Positions 10,992 through 22,362 are shown, counted from the stretch's first letter. The stretch is DNA of 64,000 bases from an uncultured Chloroflexia bacterium (GCA_963751345.1 CAVVUS010000008.1:1-64000), one strand, 5' to 3'. Notes: generated by a model not told the origin, from the sequence alone. Numbers and translations are program-made.

Positions 10992-11771
10992 TCAACCGAA
11001 CATCCAGTACCCGGCCACAGCCGAGATATCCATAAGGCCGTGGACGACCATGTAGTAGGGCAGCAGCGTGGGCCGCCACTTCAGCACTAACCCTACGAAA
11101 AGCGCGAAGGGTAGAAACATTCCAAGGCGCCACACAATGAACCGCCAATCGAAGACCAAAGGCAGGGCGATATGCTGGGCGCCCAGGAAGAGGCTTGTCA
11201 GCAGGTAGGCAGCCCACGGTCGCTTCCAGATCACCTGGAGCCTCGGCATAGCGTAGCCGAAATACGTGGGCAGTTCGCTGAGCGCCTGGGCCAGCGGAAA
11301 GGTCAGCAGGAACAGGACCAGTACGGCCGTCGGCTGGGGGCGGTAGAGCAGGGTACCCCCCGCGGCACTGTTGCCAAAGAGCCACCGGCTGAGCAGCAGG
11401 TTAGGGAAGAACCCAATCGGCCCACCGATGAGCATCGTCCCCAGGGCCACCGGCAGGTCGCGCCGCCAGCGGCTCCAGTCCACATTGTAGAAGTCGCTGA
11501 CCCGCAGTCCTTCGCGCCGCGCCAACCGCCGTAGGATGAGCAGGGTCGCCACGCTTCCCAGGAAAGCCGTGCCTGGCCACCAAGCCGCGGACGCCTCCCA
11601 GGGCGCCGCGTGTCCGACAAGGGCGTAGATCGCGGCGATGGCGAGTTGGATTGCCGCAAAGAGCAGCGTGCGTGCAAACACCATCGCAAGCGGCCATCCG
11701 CGCCCAATACGTCCGGCGGCCACGCGTCGTGGGATCGCCTCGAGGCTATTCGCCAACTTCGTCGCTGTCAT
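10992..11771 (-). CDS. Divergent CPBP/Abi-family membrane protein
   Basis: Multi-TM; SELPTYFGYAMPRL, GAQH, VHGLMD are variant CPBP motifs. Confidence 0.7.
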   Translation of the reverse strand: MTATKLANSLEAIPRRVAAGRIGRGWPLAMVFARTLLFAAIQLAIAAIYALVGHAAPWEASAAWWPGTAFLGSVATLLILRRLARREGLRVSDFYNVDWSRWRRDLPVALGTMLIGGPIGFFPNLLLSRWLFGNSAAGGTLLYRPQPTAVLVLFLLTFPLAQALSELPTYFGYAMPRLQVIWKRPWAAYLLTSLFLGAQHIALPLVFDWRFIVWRLGMFLPFALFVGLVLKWRPTLLPYYMVVHGLMDISAVAGYWMFG

Positions 11772-11834
11772 CAGGTTCCTTCCTCAGGTGAGTCGCAAGT
11801 CCGGTCCGAGAGTGCGTGATGGTGGGAGGCTTGG

Positions 11835-12710
11835 CTAAGGGGCTGCAGAGTCTGCCAGGCTCGCGATGCAGGTGGCCATAGCTTGGACACGCTCCTCAGG
11901 ATAGGCGAGTCCGAGTCCCGCGGTGACCTCGGCGGCAAGGCGGCGCGCCAGATTGAGCAGGGCCAACAACCCGCGCCAACCAGCCTCGCGCTCGAGCGGG
12001 ACGTACGTCGCCGCGAGTGCCTCGATCACCCACGGCTCGGCCCACTCGGCGATGAACTTGGCGTTATGCCACGTGTCGTGGCTCCAGCCGTGGAGCGTGC
12101 GGGCGTGCCACTCGATGAGGGGCAGGAGTTGTCCGCGGAGGCTGCACAGCGCGCCCTGCAGCGCGAAGAGATCACCGCGTGCGAGCTGGCGCGCGGCGTG
12201 ATTCGCGCCGAACCAGAACCCGTCAAGCCAGCCGTTGAGCGCGCCCTGGTCCGGAGGCCTCTGGGGGAGGAGAGGCATCGGTCCTGGGGCAGCCGGCAGA
12301 GCATTGTCCTTGTCGAGGAGGATGCGGATGCCGCGGCGCACTGTGTCGGGCACGTTTCCCGACGCCAGCATCTCGCGCGTGGCCGGCAGCATCGCTACGT
12401 CGTGGAGCACAAAGTCGACCTGGAAGCCACCCTGAAACAACACCAGGCGCTCGATGTCGTTTGCCACGGTGCGGCCGGATAGCGCGATCCATACCGGCGC
12501 CATCTGTTCGATCCAGCCGGACGTGGTCTGGTAATGCGTCACGTCGGTGACGAAGACCACGATGTCCAGGTCTGACCACGGATCGGCGGGATGATCGACC
12601 CGCGCCTGCGAGCCCATGACGAAGGCCGCGCGCACGTCGTCCTGGGCGGTCGCCCACGCGACGAAGCGGGCCTCGGCATCCTTCACAGAGTTCAGCGGTT
12701 CAGTCGGCAT
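11835..12710 (-). CDS. Aminoglycoside 6-adenylyltransferase-like (AadK/AadE family)
   Basis: VRAAFVMGSQAR...DPWSDLD, RILLDKD, DTWHNAKFIAEWA. Confidence 0.8.
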   Translation of the reverse strand: MPTEPLNSVKDAEARFVAWATAQDDVRAAFVMGSQARVDHPADPWSDLDIVVFVTDVTHYQTTSGWIEQMAPVWIALSGRTVANDIERLVLFQGGFQVDFVLHDVAMLPATREMLASGNVPDTVRRGIRILLDKDNALPAAPGPMPLLPQRPPDQGALNGWLDGFWFGANHAARQLARGDLFALQGALCSLRGQLLPLIEWHARTLHGWSHDTWHNAKFIAEWAEPWVIEALAATYVPLEREAGWRGLLALLNLARRLAAEVTAGLGLAYPEERVQAMATCIASLADSAAP

Positions 12711-12719
12711 CTCGTCCTC

Positions 12720-13648
12720 CTATCCTCCGGGTGTGATCGAGCCCGCTGCCATGAATGAGAAAATCAGGATATCCTGGATGACGTGGATGAACCACGCCCA
12801 GCCCAGGCCGCGCGTCTCGAGCATCGCCTTGCCGAGGATCCATCCCAGGAAACTCGACATGAGAACGCCGACGATGCCGTAGGGCACGCCGAAATAGTGG
12901 CCGATGCCAAAGAAGAGCGCGGCATTCCACAGCGCCTGCTGCGATCCGACGGCGGGCTCGAGCGTGGCGAGCATTGAGGCCCGGTAGGTCATCTCCTCGC
13001 TGAAGGCATTCATCACCGCGAAGAGCACGACCGCGGGCAGCATCGGCGCTGCGCGCACGAATGAGCCCCACGTCGGGCGCCCACCCACGATCAAGAAGAC
13101 CAAGCAGGCCCAGCCCGATGTAGATGCTGAACTGCCCACCGAACCGCGTCCACGGATCGGGTTTGGGAAAGCCCAGCAGAGGCACCGGTCGAATCGGTGC
13201 GTCCAACTTGCCCTTCGCAAGGAAAAAGCTCCTTCGCCGGTAGCCTAACGCAAGGAGGACGCCGATCATCATCAGCGTCACGATCAGGCGGCCCAGCTGT
13301 TCGCCCAGCATCGAGCGTGTGAAGGGTGCCCCCGCGCCCCCGAACCATCCCACCCACAGCGCAGATGAGGTGAGGCGCGAGACGAGCTGCTCTGCCAAGG
13401 ACATAGCCAGGAGGACCAGGATGTAGGGCCGCAGAGGACGCAGCGCGGCCCAGACAAGCGTCGCTGCACTGAGCGCGATCAGCAGTCCTGCCTTGGCCCA
13501 GATCAGCCACGAGGGCCTCCCGGCGCCCAGTTCGTACAGCAGCGCATTGGGCAGGACGCTGACGCACAGCATCGTAGTCCAGGCCGTCGCGACGACGAAA
13601 CTACGACTGCGATCGAGCTGCTCAGGTATGCGTTGTTGCGCTCAGCAT
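12720..13648 (-). CDS. CPBP/Abi intramembrane protease; frameshift ~13095
   Basis: NAFSEEMTYR, FGIGHY, FIHVIQD; N-terminal TM segments in the adjacent frame. Confidence 0.85.
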
Positions 13649-13753
13649 AGCTTTCCTTTCGATCTCAGGCAACCCATCTTCCGGGATGCTCCGATGTAAG
13701 CTGCAGGAGCAGGTGCGTGCTTTCAGCGTCACGGAAGGTTACAGACGCCGACG

Positions 13754-14576
13754 TCATTGCAGCTTCGCGATGAGGGCCGGTGTCCGGCCGCGCGGCACGA
13801 AGCCCATATGTTCCGCGAGGCTGCGCGAGGCGGCGTTGACGTGCCAGTTCGACCAGGCAGGCTGCAGCCCCAGCGCCAGAGCGTGGTCGACGAAGGCACA
13901 GGTGAGCCAGCGTTGCCAGTCCCCGGCGCCGGTAGGCTTCCTCGGTGTGAATGCTGATCTCGGCCTTGCCCGCGCCTACCAGGACGGTATGGCAGCGACT
14001 CACGGGCTCGCCGTCCTTCATGGCCGCGAATCCGAAGCCACGGGCCAGGAAGGCGTCGAGGCTGCCCCAGAACTCGGGAAAGCCCTGGCCTTCGGCCAGC
14101 GCTCGATCGTAGGCCCGGACCTCGATCCCCGTCGGAATCGTCTCGCGCCAGTTGCCGTGCGCCGCCAGGAACCGGTCGTGGTCAAAGACATACTCGTCGC
14201 GGGCCGCGTTGTGGCGCTCCAGGGCATCGGAAAACATCGTACCGACAGCATCGGCCCAGGCCTCCGACGTCGGAAAGACGAAAACGTAGCCGTGGTGGGG
14301 CACCAACTGCCCGCGGATGAGGTCCTCCATGGCCCGGATGGCGCCCGCATCACCGACAGCTCCCAGCGGGTAGAGGAACTCGCAGGCCAGCGAGACCAGG
14401 GCGGTCGCCGGTGCATCGCGATCGTCGACGAAGACGCGCCCGGCGTGGTTACCCTCCAGCAGGGCCGCGACGAAACTTCCGCCTACACCGCCGGTCTCGA
14501 CCAGCGGGCGGATCCTGGCGACGTCGGACGCGGCAAGCTCGATCATCTGCATCTCCAGCAGAAGGTTCGCAGTCAT
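13754..14576 (-). CDS. GNAT N-acetyltransferase; frameshift ~13900
   Basis: AEISIHTEEAYRRRGLA, then in shifted frame WSNWHVNAASRSLAEHMGF to a stop at 13754. Confidence 0.82.
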
Positions 14577-14656
14577 CGATTCAGCGGCGGCGCCTGAGGA
14601 ATGCGCCGGAACGACTGAAGTCGTTACCACGAACCTGTGTGTGCGCTGCTACGGGA

Positions 14657-15391
14657 CTACTTGGCCTGGACCAAGCCCTCGACGTAGCCGAGGTCGTGAG
14701 CGAGCCCGAGGCGCAGCTCGTCGTCTGTGATTCCGTCATACTCGCGGTGTTCGATCGAGAGCATGCGGTCGAAGCCCTGGCGCTTCAGCTCTTTGTAGAC
14801 ACCGGGCAGGTCGACCGTCCCGCCGCCCAGAGGCAGGCGCTGATCCGAGTCCTTGAAGTGGACGTGGTAGATGCGTCCCTCCAGCTTCTCGACCTGCTCC
14901 AGCGGATCGACGCCCGCCGCCGCAAAGTGCCCCGTATCCGGGTTGGCCCCGATGTACATGGAATGGCCTTTCAGCGCCTCGAGGATCGTGTCCGCGGCCT
15001 CGAAGACGTTGCCCCGGTGGTTCTCGATTGCATAGTAGAGCTTGTACTCCTCGCAGAGCTCGTCCAGATCCGGCAGCAAGGCCGGGTCGAGAACGCCCGT
15101 GATGATGGGCACCCCAAGGCCCTTGGCAAACTCGAAGACGTTGCGGAGATACGCGGCGTCCCGGTCCTTGGACAATCCACCGACGCAGTAGGCCGTCGGC
15201 GTGATGCCGTGGGCCAGGCAGAGCTTGCGGGCCTCGGCGGCGCCCTTCGCATCCACGGTGTGGAAGTCGCTCAGGCCGTCGGCGTGGCGGTAATCCAGCT
15301 CGGTGTTCTCAAAGCCGATGCCACTCAGGAAGTCCATGGCGTCGGCGACGCCGTGGTGTCGCAGCAGGTATGAAATGACCCCGATTTCCAT
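14657..15391 (-). CDS. Sugar phosphate isomerase/epimerase (AP endonuclease 2 TIM barrel)
   Basis: AIENH, DTGH, HVHFKD, LSIEH metal motifs; AAGGAG RBS. Confidence 0.9.
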   Translation of the reverse strand: MEIGVISYLLRHHGVADAMDFLSGIGFENTELDYRHADGLSDFHTVDAKGAAEARKLCLAHGITPTAYCVGGLSKDRDAAYLRNVFEFAKGLGVPIITGVLDPALLPDLDELCEEYKLYYAIENHRGNVFEAADTILEALKGHSMYIGANPDTGHFAAAGVDPLEQVEKLEGRIYHVHFKDSDQRLPLGGGTVDLPGVYKELKRQGFDRMLSIEHREYDGITDDELRLGLAHDLGYVEGLVQAK

Positions 15392-15467
15392 CTGGTTGAC
15401 TCCTTTTCGTTAGTGAGAGCGATGAACCTGACGAACGCTACCTATGAGCCGTCATCGTAGTCGACGA

Positions 15468-16920
15468 TCACGCCGTCGATGAGCAGCCTACCATACTCGC
15501 GAATCCGGGCGCCGCCAGCCGGCACAATGGCGATGACCCGAGCGCTGTCCGCGTCCAGATCGATGGGTACGCGGCCCCGGACCTCCTCGGCGACCATACT
15601 GGTGAAGCGTCAGATCGTAGAGGTCGACGGGCCGGTTCCCGACGTCGAGATGCACCGTGCGCGACGTTTCCCACGGGTTGCCGTAGAGGAAGGTCGGGTA
15701 CGTCTTCTCCGCCAGGAAATCGGAGCCGGCTACGTCGAGCTGCAGAATGAACGGATCGCCGGTGGGCTTTGACCAGAGCACCCCACAGGAGGACGTACCC
15801 GCCCCCGTAGATCGACTTGTGGCCCATGGCGTCGCCCGCGGCATAGGGGGCGTGTCCCTCGTACTCGGCGTAGAGCCGCTCGTACGCGACGGTGGAGACT
15901 CAGGTCGCCACGGCTTTCCGCAGCCGCGCAGAAGTCGGAGTAGAAGAGCCGCGCGTTCGCGGCTACGTGGAGAGCGTACTTGGCGATCTGCCGCGCGAAC
16001 CGCACGTCATAGCGCGCAATCGGGAGGATGTAGGGCAGCGGCATCAGGGACTCCATGCTGTAGGCCGACTCAGGTTCACTGTAGCGCCACCCGCGGAAGA
16101 GCCCGTTCACTTCCCGGTCGCCCCAGGTCCCCACGACCATGCCGGCTGCGGGGTCGAAGACGTAGGCCAGGGCGCGGCGAACGTCGACGTCGTATCCCCG
16201 GGCGTGCAGGCGCGCGGCGGCGACGGCTGCCATCGCCCCGGAGGGTACCTCATACCACGGGTTCCGCTCGAAGGCCAGGTAGTGCTGCAGCGCCCGCAGC
16301 GCTTCCTCCAGATAGCCGGGGTCCGCCCACGTCTCATACGCCAACAGCATCAGATAGCCGTAACCGCCCACCGCGTCTGGCTGTCGATAGATGTCCTTTC
16401 GGGTCCATGAGCGGCGGGCCGTGAAATCGTACCCCTGGGCGTCAAAGTCGTAGTCGATGCTTTGAGCCATCGTCCTTAGCGCGTCGACGCTCCGCCGCCA
16501 CCGCTGCATCGCAGCCGCGTCGTGGCTCAGGGCACATCGCGTGATGTGCGCAGCCAGGGAGTTGGCGTACATCAGGTACCACATCTCGGTGCGGTCTTGT
16601 CCGGCGCCGTTCATATAGACGCCGGTGGTTTCGTTGAAGTACCCGGAAAGTGACGGAAGCAGCGCGGTCACGTCGTCGCCAAGGATCTGCTTTCCCAGGG
16701 TGATGGGTCCATAGGAGACCAGTTCGTGCTTGGCTTCCGGTCCCGTCTGACCCTCCAGGAAGGCAGTGAAAGCCTGGCGCCCGTGTTCGTCCGCGAAGGT
16801 GACGCCGTTGGCAGGGTCCATCACGAAGCGGTCAAAGTCCCGAGCCATCCGGCCCCAATCGAGCGGTTGCTCTTGGGGGCGCGCGGGCACGTCCATAAGT
16901 CCGGCCAGATCAGTTTCCAT
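15468..16920 (-). CDS. Hypothetical protein, possibly (alpha/alpha) barrel carbohydrate enzyme; frameshift ~15895
   Basis: Long aromatic-rich ORF (EMWYL, RQPDAVGG, NPWYEV, YSMES); continues in frame 15468..15827. Confidence 0.55.
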
Positions 16921-16926
16921 GGTACC

Positions 16927-17772
16927 TCACTCGGCAGGGATCCGCCGCGCCGTCACGAACCAGTTGTGGGGAATGTTGGGCATGGTCGGCGGGATGACGG
17001 GCAGCGTCCATCGCCCGTGATTGGCTTCCGGTGCGCCCGCCTGGCTCAGCGACGCGGCCCACCCGCGGTCCGCGAGGAAGGTCACCGGGTCGTCCATCGT
17101 TCCGAGCCACGGCGCGCCGGCCTTGGCCTGCATCTCGACCCATGGGCGCGTCAGCGGATGGGTCAGGGTGATGCCGTTCATGATATCGAACCCGAGCCAG
17201 CTTCCCGGTGCCGCAAGGCCACCGACCGTGTCGAGGATTTGCGTGACGGCGTTGTTGGGAAGGTAGAAGAGGAATCCCTCCAGCAACCAGCCCGAGGGCT
17301 CTGCAGGGTTGAAGCCCGCGCCAACGAGAGCGTCACCCCACGGCTCCGTAAGGTCGGCGGCGATGGCGTGCCGGGTACACGCAGGTGAGGCGCCCGCGGC
17401 CTCGAGTACGGCGGCCTTATGCGCCAGGACGTCCGGCTGATCCAGCTCGAAGACCTCGGTGCCCTCCGGCCACGTGAGCCGGAATGCGCGGGTGTCCAAG
17501 CCGGCGGCCATGAGCACGATCTGTTTGAGGGCGTACTCGCCAACGATGCGCATGAGAAAGTCATCAAAATACCGAGTCCTGAGCAGGATGGGCACGGAGC
17601 TTCCTTCGGGCCGTCCCGCTATCCAGGCTGCTCCCTCCTGCCCGGCGAGTGCCGCCGCCCACGGATCCGCAAAAAGCCGGTCCTCGCGCTCGTTCTCTCT
17701 CGCGCGCACCGCAGCAGTCCATCGTGCGGTGGATGCCAGCAAGCTCTCGGATGTAGTCAAATCCGCCATCAC
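16927..17772 (-). CDS. SAM-dependent methyltransferase (TIGR00027-like), second copy
   Basis: TARWTAAVRARE, DPWA, RTRYFDD, AAGLDTRAFRL, LEGFLFYL. Confidence 0.92.
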   Translation of the reverse strand: MMADLTTSESLLASTARWTAAVRARENEREDRLFADPWAAALAGQEGAAWIAGRPEGSSVPILLRTRYFDDFLMRIVGEYALKQIVLMAAGLDTRAFRLTWPEGTEVFELDQPDVLAHKAAVLEAAGASPACTRHAIAADLTEPWGDALVGAGFNPAEPSGWLLEGFLFYLPNNAVTQILDTVGGLAAPGSWLGFDIMNGITLTHPLTRPWVEMQAKAGAPWLGTMDDPVTFLADRGWAASLSQAGAPEANHGRWTLPVIPPTMPNIPHNWFVTARRIPAE

Positions 17773-17922
17773 CAGCCTCCCTGTCGTGGAGCATTCATCA
17801 GAGCTGATCGCCTCCTCCTGTCGCCGGGGGTACTGACGACCCGCCCCAAGCGAAGGGCGAAAGAAAGGGCGCCTTGTGTGGATATGCTAGTCCAGACCCC
17901 GGTCCCGTCAATTCGATTCGAC

Positions 17923-19093
17923 TCACAGGGGCTGCGTCCGGACGGCTACTTCGTGCGGCTGCGTCCTCGCTCCTTTGGCCCGCCCTTTCATCCCGAGCAG
18001 GAACCGGAACAGAGCGATGCGGCTCAAGGCCTCGTACACTGCAAACGTGGTCAACGTCGAGAGTGAGATGATGAGAAGGTACCTTCGCGGCGACGCCGAC
18101 CGGGAGTCGGGTGATACCCCAGGTCACCAAGGTGACGACCGGCAGGTGCAGGATGTAGAAGGGGTAGGAGGCGGTGCCCAGGTAGCGGAGCGCGGCGTTC
18201 GAACGCGACAGGAGGCGCTGTCCCCAGCCGAGGATCGCGAGCGTCCAGACCCAGCGGTCGAGGTTGTAGACAGCGCCATAGCCGACGTCGTTGGGCGGCT
18301 GTCCGCTTCGCCACCGCAGAATCAGGAGCCAACGCACGGCTTCAACACAGAGCGCCAGCACCAGCATCGCCGGCGCATCGCGACGGATCGCGGCCTGGAT
18401 GCGGGCATCGCTCATCAGGAGATAGCCGGTGGCAAAGACCAGAAGGTAGTAGATGGGATTCTGCGCGCCGAGGATGCCAAGCCAGTCGGCCAATGCCAGC
18501 GGAACGTAGAAGAGAAGCACGGCGAACGGCAGGCTCAGGAAGTCGCCTGTCCGGGTCGCGACAGCCGCGCCTTTCGAGCTACGAAGCCACCTGAGCAGCG
18601 GCAGCGTCAGCACCGAGTAGACGAAGAGGAAGAGCACAAACCAGAGATGGGCGGGGGTGAACCCGCCGTGGACGCCGGAAAGGTCGCGGAAGTCCGTGAA
18701 GAAGCGCGCGTAGTGGTGCCAGAAGGTTGGGGGATTGGGCGTGCCCAGGTACCGGACGTAGGTCATTGCCGGAATCAGGACCGCGACGCCGAACAGGAAC
18801 GGGACCAGGAGCCTCAGAAAGCGCTCCCGGACGTACTTGCCCGCAGTCCTGCGCTCGAGGGCGAGCCACGTTGACCCTCCGGCGATGGCAAAGAGCACCG
18901 GCATGTGCCACAGGTGGACAAAGCCGGCAGCGTCATCCAGGAACGGGCTGTTGACGGTGTCTTTGTAGTAGACAACCGAGTTAGGATCCAGCACGAAGAC
19001 CAGCGCCGCGTGAAAGGGCACGAGCAACAGCACTGCCAGCACGCGGAGCCAGTCGAGATCATTGCGTCGTTCGGTTCGGGCGGGTGTCTGCAC
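17923..19093 (-). CDS. Acyltransferase-3 family membrane protein (OpgC/MdoC-like); frameshift ~18080
   Basis: RRNDLDWLRV, HMPVLF, RFLRLLVP, HLWF, SYPFYILH. Confidence 0.88.
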
Positions 19094-19100
19094 GGTACGC

Positions 19101-19490
19101 CTACATCCCGCGCATCGGCAGGTTGGCGCCGCAGTAGACGCAATCGGCCGACTGCGGGCCCGTCCACTTGACCTCGTCTCCGCGGATCGGGGCGCCGCAC
19201 TTGGGGCACGAGGAGGGCAGGAGTTCCAGCCGGTGTTCGGGAGGCGGTGTGACCTGTGGCATCGCAGCGGCGACCACGGCTGCGGGCGATGCCGGCTCAG
19301 TCGATTCGAAGGCCTGGGGGGCTACCTGCATCAGGATGGCTTCGAGGATCAGGCTGGTCACGACCAGGATCAGTATCCCGGGCCATACCCAGTTGAGCCA
19401 GACCAAGATCAAGATACCCGCCAGCCAGATCGCAGCATGAAGCTTGCGCCACGGACCCACCAACTGCGGATCGCGCCTACGACTTCTCAT
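19101..19490 (-). CDS. Small membrane protein with C-terminal zinc ribbon
   Basis: Two TM segments (WPGILILV), CPKCG...CVYCG. Confidence 0.75.
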   Translation of the reverse strand: MRSRRRDPQLVGPWRKLHAAIWLAGILILVWLNWVWPGILILVVTSLILEAILMQVAPQAFESTEPASPAAVVAAAMPQVTPPPEHRLELLPSSCPKCGAPIRGDEVKWTGPQSADCVYCGANLPMRGM

Positions 19491-19589
19491 ATCAGGTCTC
19501 CTGTCATCACATGGTGAAAGCCAGATGGCCCCTTGGCCACGGCGTGCGTGAGCACCACGACCGATCCAGCGGTCAATAACCTGAAGGGA

Positions 19590-20441
19590 TCACAGCGACG
19601 GCCCAGTGGCTGCCCTCTGATCCATATCGGAAGCAGCGGTCTGCGCTGCTCCGAGCCTCGGAAGGACGAACAGCGCCACGGCCCACTCGACGCCGACAAA
19701 GAGCGCAAAGGCGCCGACATTGAGCGTTACCGGCAGCCACACGACGTTCACGATGTTGAACGTGACGTGAAACGCGACCGGCAGCAGCAGGCTTGCCCGG
19801 CTATGGTTGAAGAACCACGTGATGAAGACCGTCATGGGCAGCACCAGCAGGTAGTTCAGCACGAGATAACCGATGCCATACTGTGTGTAGGTGTCGAGCA
19901 ACAGCCAGAACGGCAGATGCCAGGTAGCCCAGAGGATGCCCAGGATCGCGCTGGCCACGAGGGGATTGTGTCGCACCTGTAGGGCGGGGAGAGCCACACC
20001 CCGCCAACCGATTTCCTCTCCCAACGTCGCAAGCCCCAGGAAGATGACGTTGATCGCGAGCGCAACCGCATTCAGCGGCGCCGCAGGTTCGATCCGCGGC
20101 GTGCCACCCAGCAGGTTGTAGACGAGACCACTCAGGATGAGGAGACCGGGCTGGAGCAGCACGGCAGCAGCCCACCATCGCCACCCTACCCGCCAGATGC
20201 CCAGACGCCCGAGCAGATGTCGCACGCTCGCTCTTCCTCCCGAGAGCGCCGTCAGGACCAAGGCAGCGGTTGCGGGCATCAGCACGCCAAGGAGCCGGAT
20301 ACTGCCGCTTGCACCCTCGGAGACGCGGACCGGCCCGATGCCAAAGTGCGAGAGGTCGAGCGGGATCCATACCAGCCACGAGAGCACGTACGTGAGGATG
20401 AAAAACGTCGCGGCACGGACGCCGGATCTAGTTTCGGCCAT
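19590..20441 (-). CDS. CPBP/Abi intramembrane protease
   Basis: GEEIGWRGVALP, WATWHLP, FHVTFN. Confidence 0.92.
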   Translation of the reverse strand: MAETRSGVRAATFFILTYVLSWLVWIPLDLSHFGIGPVRVSEGASGSIRLLGVLMPATAALVLTALSGGRASVRHLLGRLGIWRVGWRWWAAAVLLQPGLLILSGLVYNLLGGTPRIEPAAPLNAVALAINVIFLGLATLGEEIGWRGVALPALQVRHNPLVASAILGILWATWHLPFWLLLDTYTQYGIGYLVLNYLLVLPMTVFITWFFNHSRASLLLPVAFHVTFNIVNVVWLPVTLNVGAFALFVGVEWAVALFVLPRLGAAQTAASDMDQRAATGPSL

Positions 20442-20531
20442 GGGCGGTTCCTCTAGGATGCACCGACACTACGAATAGGCGGCCCAGGATGTGTCCGTGC
20501 GGGCGCATATGCCGTCTGCAGGATCGTGAGG

Positions 20532-21255
20532 TCACGACTTCGATCCGGCTGTTTCGCATGGGATAGCCTCCGATGAAGAGGGCACTGCGGATGGACCCGT
20601 AGTGCCGTTGGCACGAAGTGCACCGCGATTTCGTCCCACCCAACGCTGCACACCGGTCGCGATGAGTGGTGACGCCCACCAAACACCCAGCCCGGCCCAG
20701 GCGTTGAGCGCGCTGACGGGCATGGAGATGAGAAACAGGCAAGGCACGACGAGGGCCACGGCGGTTCGCGTTCTGATCCAGCCACTGTCGAGGTCAGCAT
20801 CCACCAATCGGTGGCCTCGTGAGGCGTACCACCACATGGCGCTGATGGCGAAGCCTGTCGCCGCGACCGCGCCTCCATAGATCATCACGACCAGTGGCTG
20901 TATGCCGTACTGGCCGAGCAGGCCTGCGACAAAGGGCATCAGGGCGATGCAGAGCAGGAAGACCAGGTTGAGCGCAATCAGCGGGGCATCGCACCGCCGG
21001 ATGACACTGAAATACCAGTGGTGCGACCGCCAGTAGATGCTCACGACGGCGAAGCTGATGAAGAAGCTCACCAGTCGCGGCGTGAGCTTCGCAAGCGCAT
21101 TCGGGAGTTCGTCCGATGGAAACGTCGGGTATCTTGATGTCGATGACCAACAGCGTGATGGCGATGGCCATGACCGCATCGCTGAAGAAGACCAGGCGCT
21201 CCAGACTCAGCTCCTGATGCCCTTCCACCGCAGTGGGCCTCGCCTGCTGCCCCAT
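20532..21255 (-). CDS. TMEM175-family (DUF1211) potassium channel; frameshift ~21125
   Basis: ERLVFFSDAVMAIAITLLV signature; YWRSHH, LMPF. Confidence 0.88.
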
Positions 21256-21938
21256 CAGTTCCTGGAACCCAGACTGCTGATGTTGCCGCTGCCGGGCTGA
21301 CTGACATTGACCTGGCCCGGGTCGCCGTAGTAGCGTATGTTGCCGCTGCCGGCAAGGGACGCGTTGATGCTGCTCGTGGCCCACACGGTGATCTCACCTG
21401 ATCCCGGCAGCCGCACTGTAGCAGCCGTGGCCTGGAGGTCGCCGCACAGGATATTGCCGCTGCCGTTCATTCGGACATCCAGGCTGTCCACGGCACCCGT
21501 AACGGTGATGTTGCCCGATCCCGGCATCCTGATGGTGAGGGATGGGCCTTGCACGCCGGCGGCGGTGATGTTACCCGAGCCATCCATCGTGATGCCGTCG
21601 AGCGTCCTCAGGGTGACCGTGTACCGGATACGATCGGTTGGCACGACGTCGGTCCCGAGCTTCGTCCGCAGCGTGAGCGTCCCACCCCGCACACTGGTGA
21701 TCAGATAGGGGAGCAAGTTGTCGTCAGTTTCAATGACGACCGAGGGCTGATCGCCAATGACGACGGTGACGTCCCCCGATCCCTGCAGATTCACGCGCGC
21801 CGCGTTTCCGATGGATCGCGTCGTGCTGGAGATCTGGCCCGATCCCTCGATGCGCCCGCCCGGCAACAGCGCCGTGGGCATGCAGGCCAGCATCACGACC
21901 AGACACACCGCGCAGAGAAGCGTTCGCATGGGTTTCAT
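21255..21938 (-). CDS. Head GIN domain (DUF2807) beta-helix lipoprotein
   Basis: Lipobox MLAC; DDNLL; repeated GSGNI/GSGDV; YYGDP. Confidence 0.88.
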   Translation of the reverse strand: MKPMRTLLCAVCLVVMLACMPTALLPGGRIEGSGQISSTTRSIGNAARVNLQGSGDVTVVIGDQPSVVIETDDNLLPYLITSVRGGTLTLRTKLGTDVVPTDRIRYTVTLRTLDGITMDGSGNITAAGVQGPSLTIRMPGSGNITVTGAVDSLDVRMNGSGNILCGDLQATAATVRLPGSGEITVWATSSINASLAGSGNIRYYGDPGQVNVSQPGSGNISSLGSRN

Positions 21939-21951
21939 GGGTCCTCCTTAC

Positions 21952-22362
21952 CTATGGCTTGCCGAGGATAGACTGAACCGCCGTCAGAAGCTCCTGCGTG
22001 GTGAACGGCTTGGTCAGATAAGCATCTGCCTGTTCACAGGCCTGCAGCTCGACCTGGGGTGAGCCGAAGCCTGTGATGACGATGACGTGGGGTGGGTCGA
22101 GCTCCTCGCGCAAGAGCGTGAGCAGGGCCAGGCCGCTGATGCCGGGAAGCTGGACGTCGGTGATCACCAACGCAAACCGGCTGCCGGCGTGTAGCCGCAG
22201 GGCTTCCTCGCCTGACCGGCAGCTATCGACGTCATAACCGCAGAGCGACAGAGGCCAGACGAGGCCCTGGACCACGTGCTCGTCATCGTCGACAACCAGC
22301 ACCCGAGGGGGTCGCTGCGTTCGCCCGACTCCCGTGTGCTCCATCGGCCTGGATACTCGCAT
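21952..22362 (-). CDS. Single-domain response regulator (receiver)
   Basis: VLVVDDD, VITDVQLPGISG, ITG, YLTKPF. Confidence 0.88.
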   Translation of the reverse strand: MRVSRPMEHTGVGRTQRPPRVLVVDDDEHVVQGLVWPLSLCGYDVDSCRSGEEALRLHAGSRFALVITDVQLPGISGLALLTLLREELDPPHVIVITGFGSPQVELQACEQADAYLTKPFTTQELLTAVQSILGKP

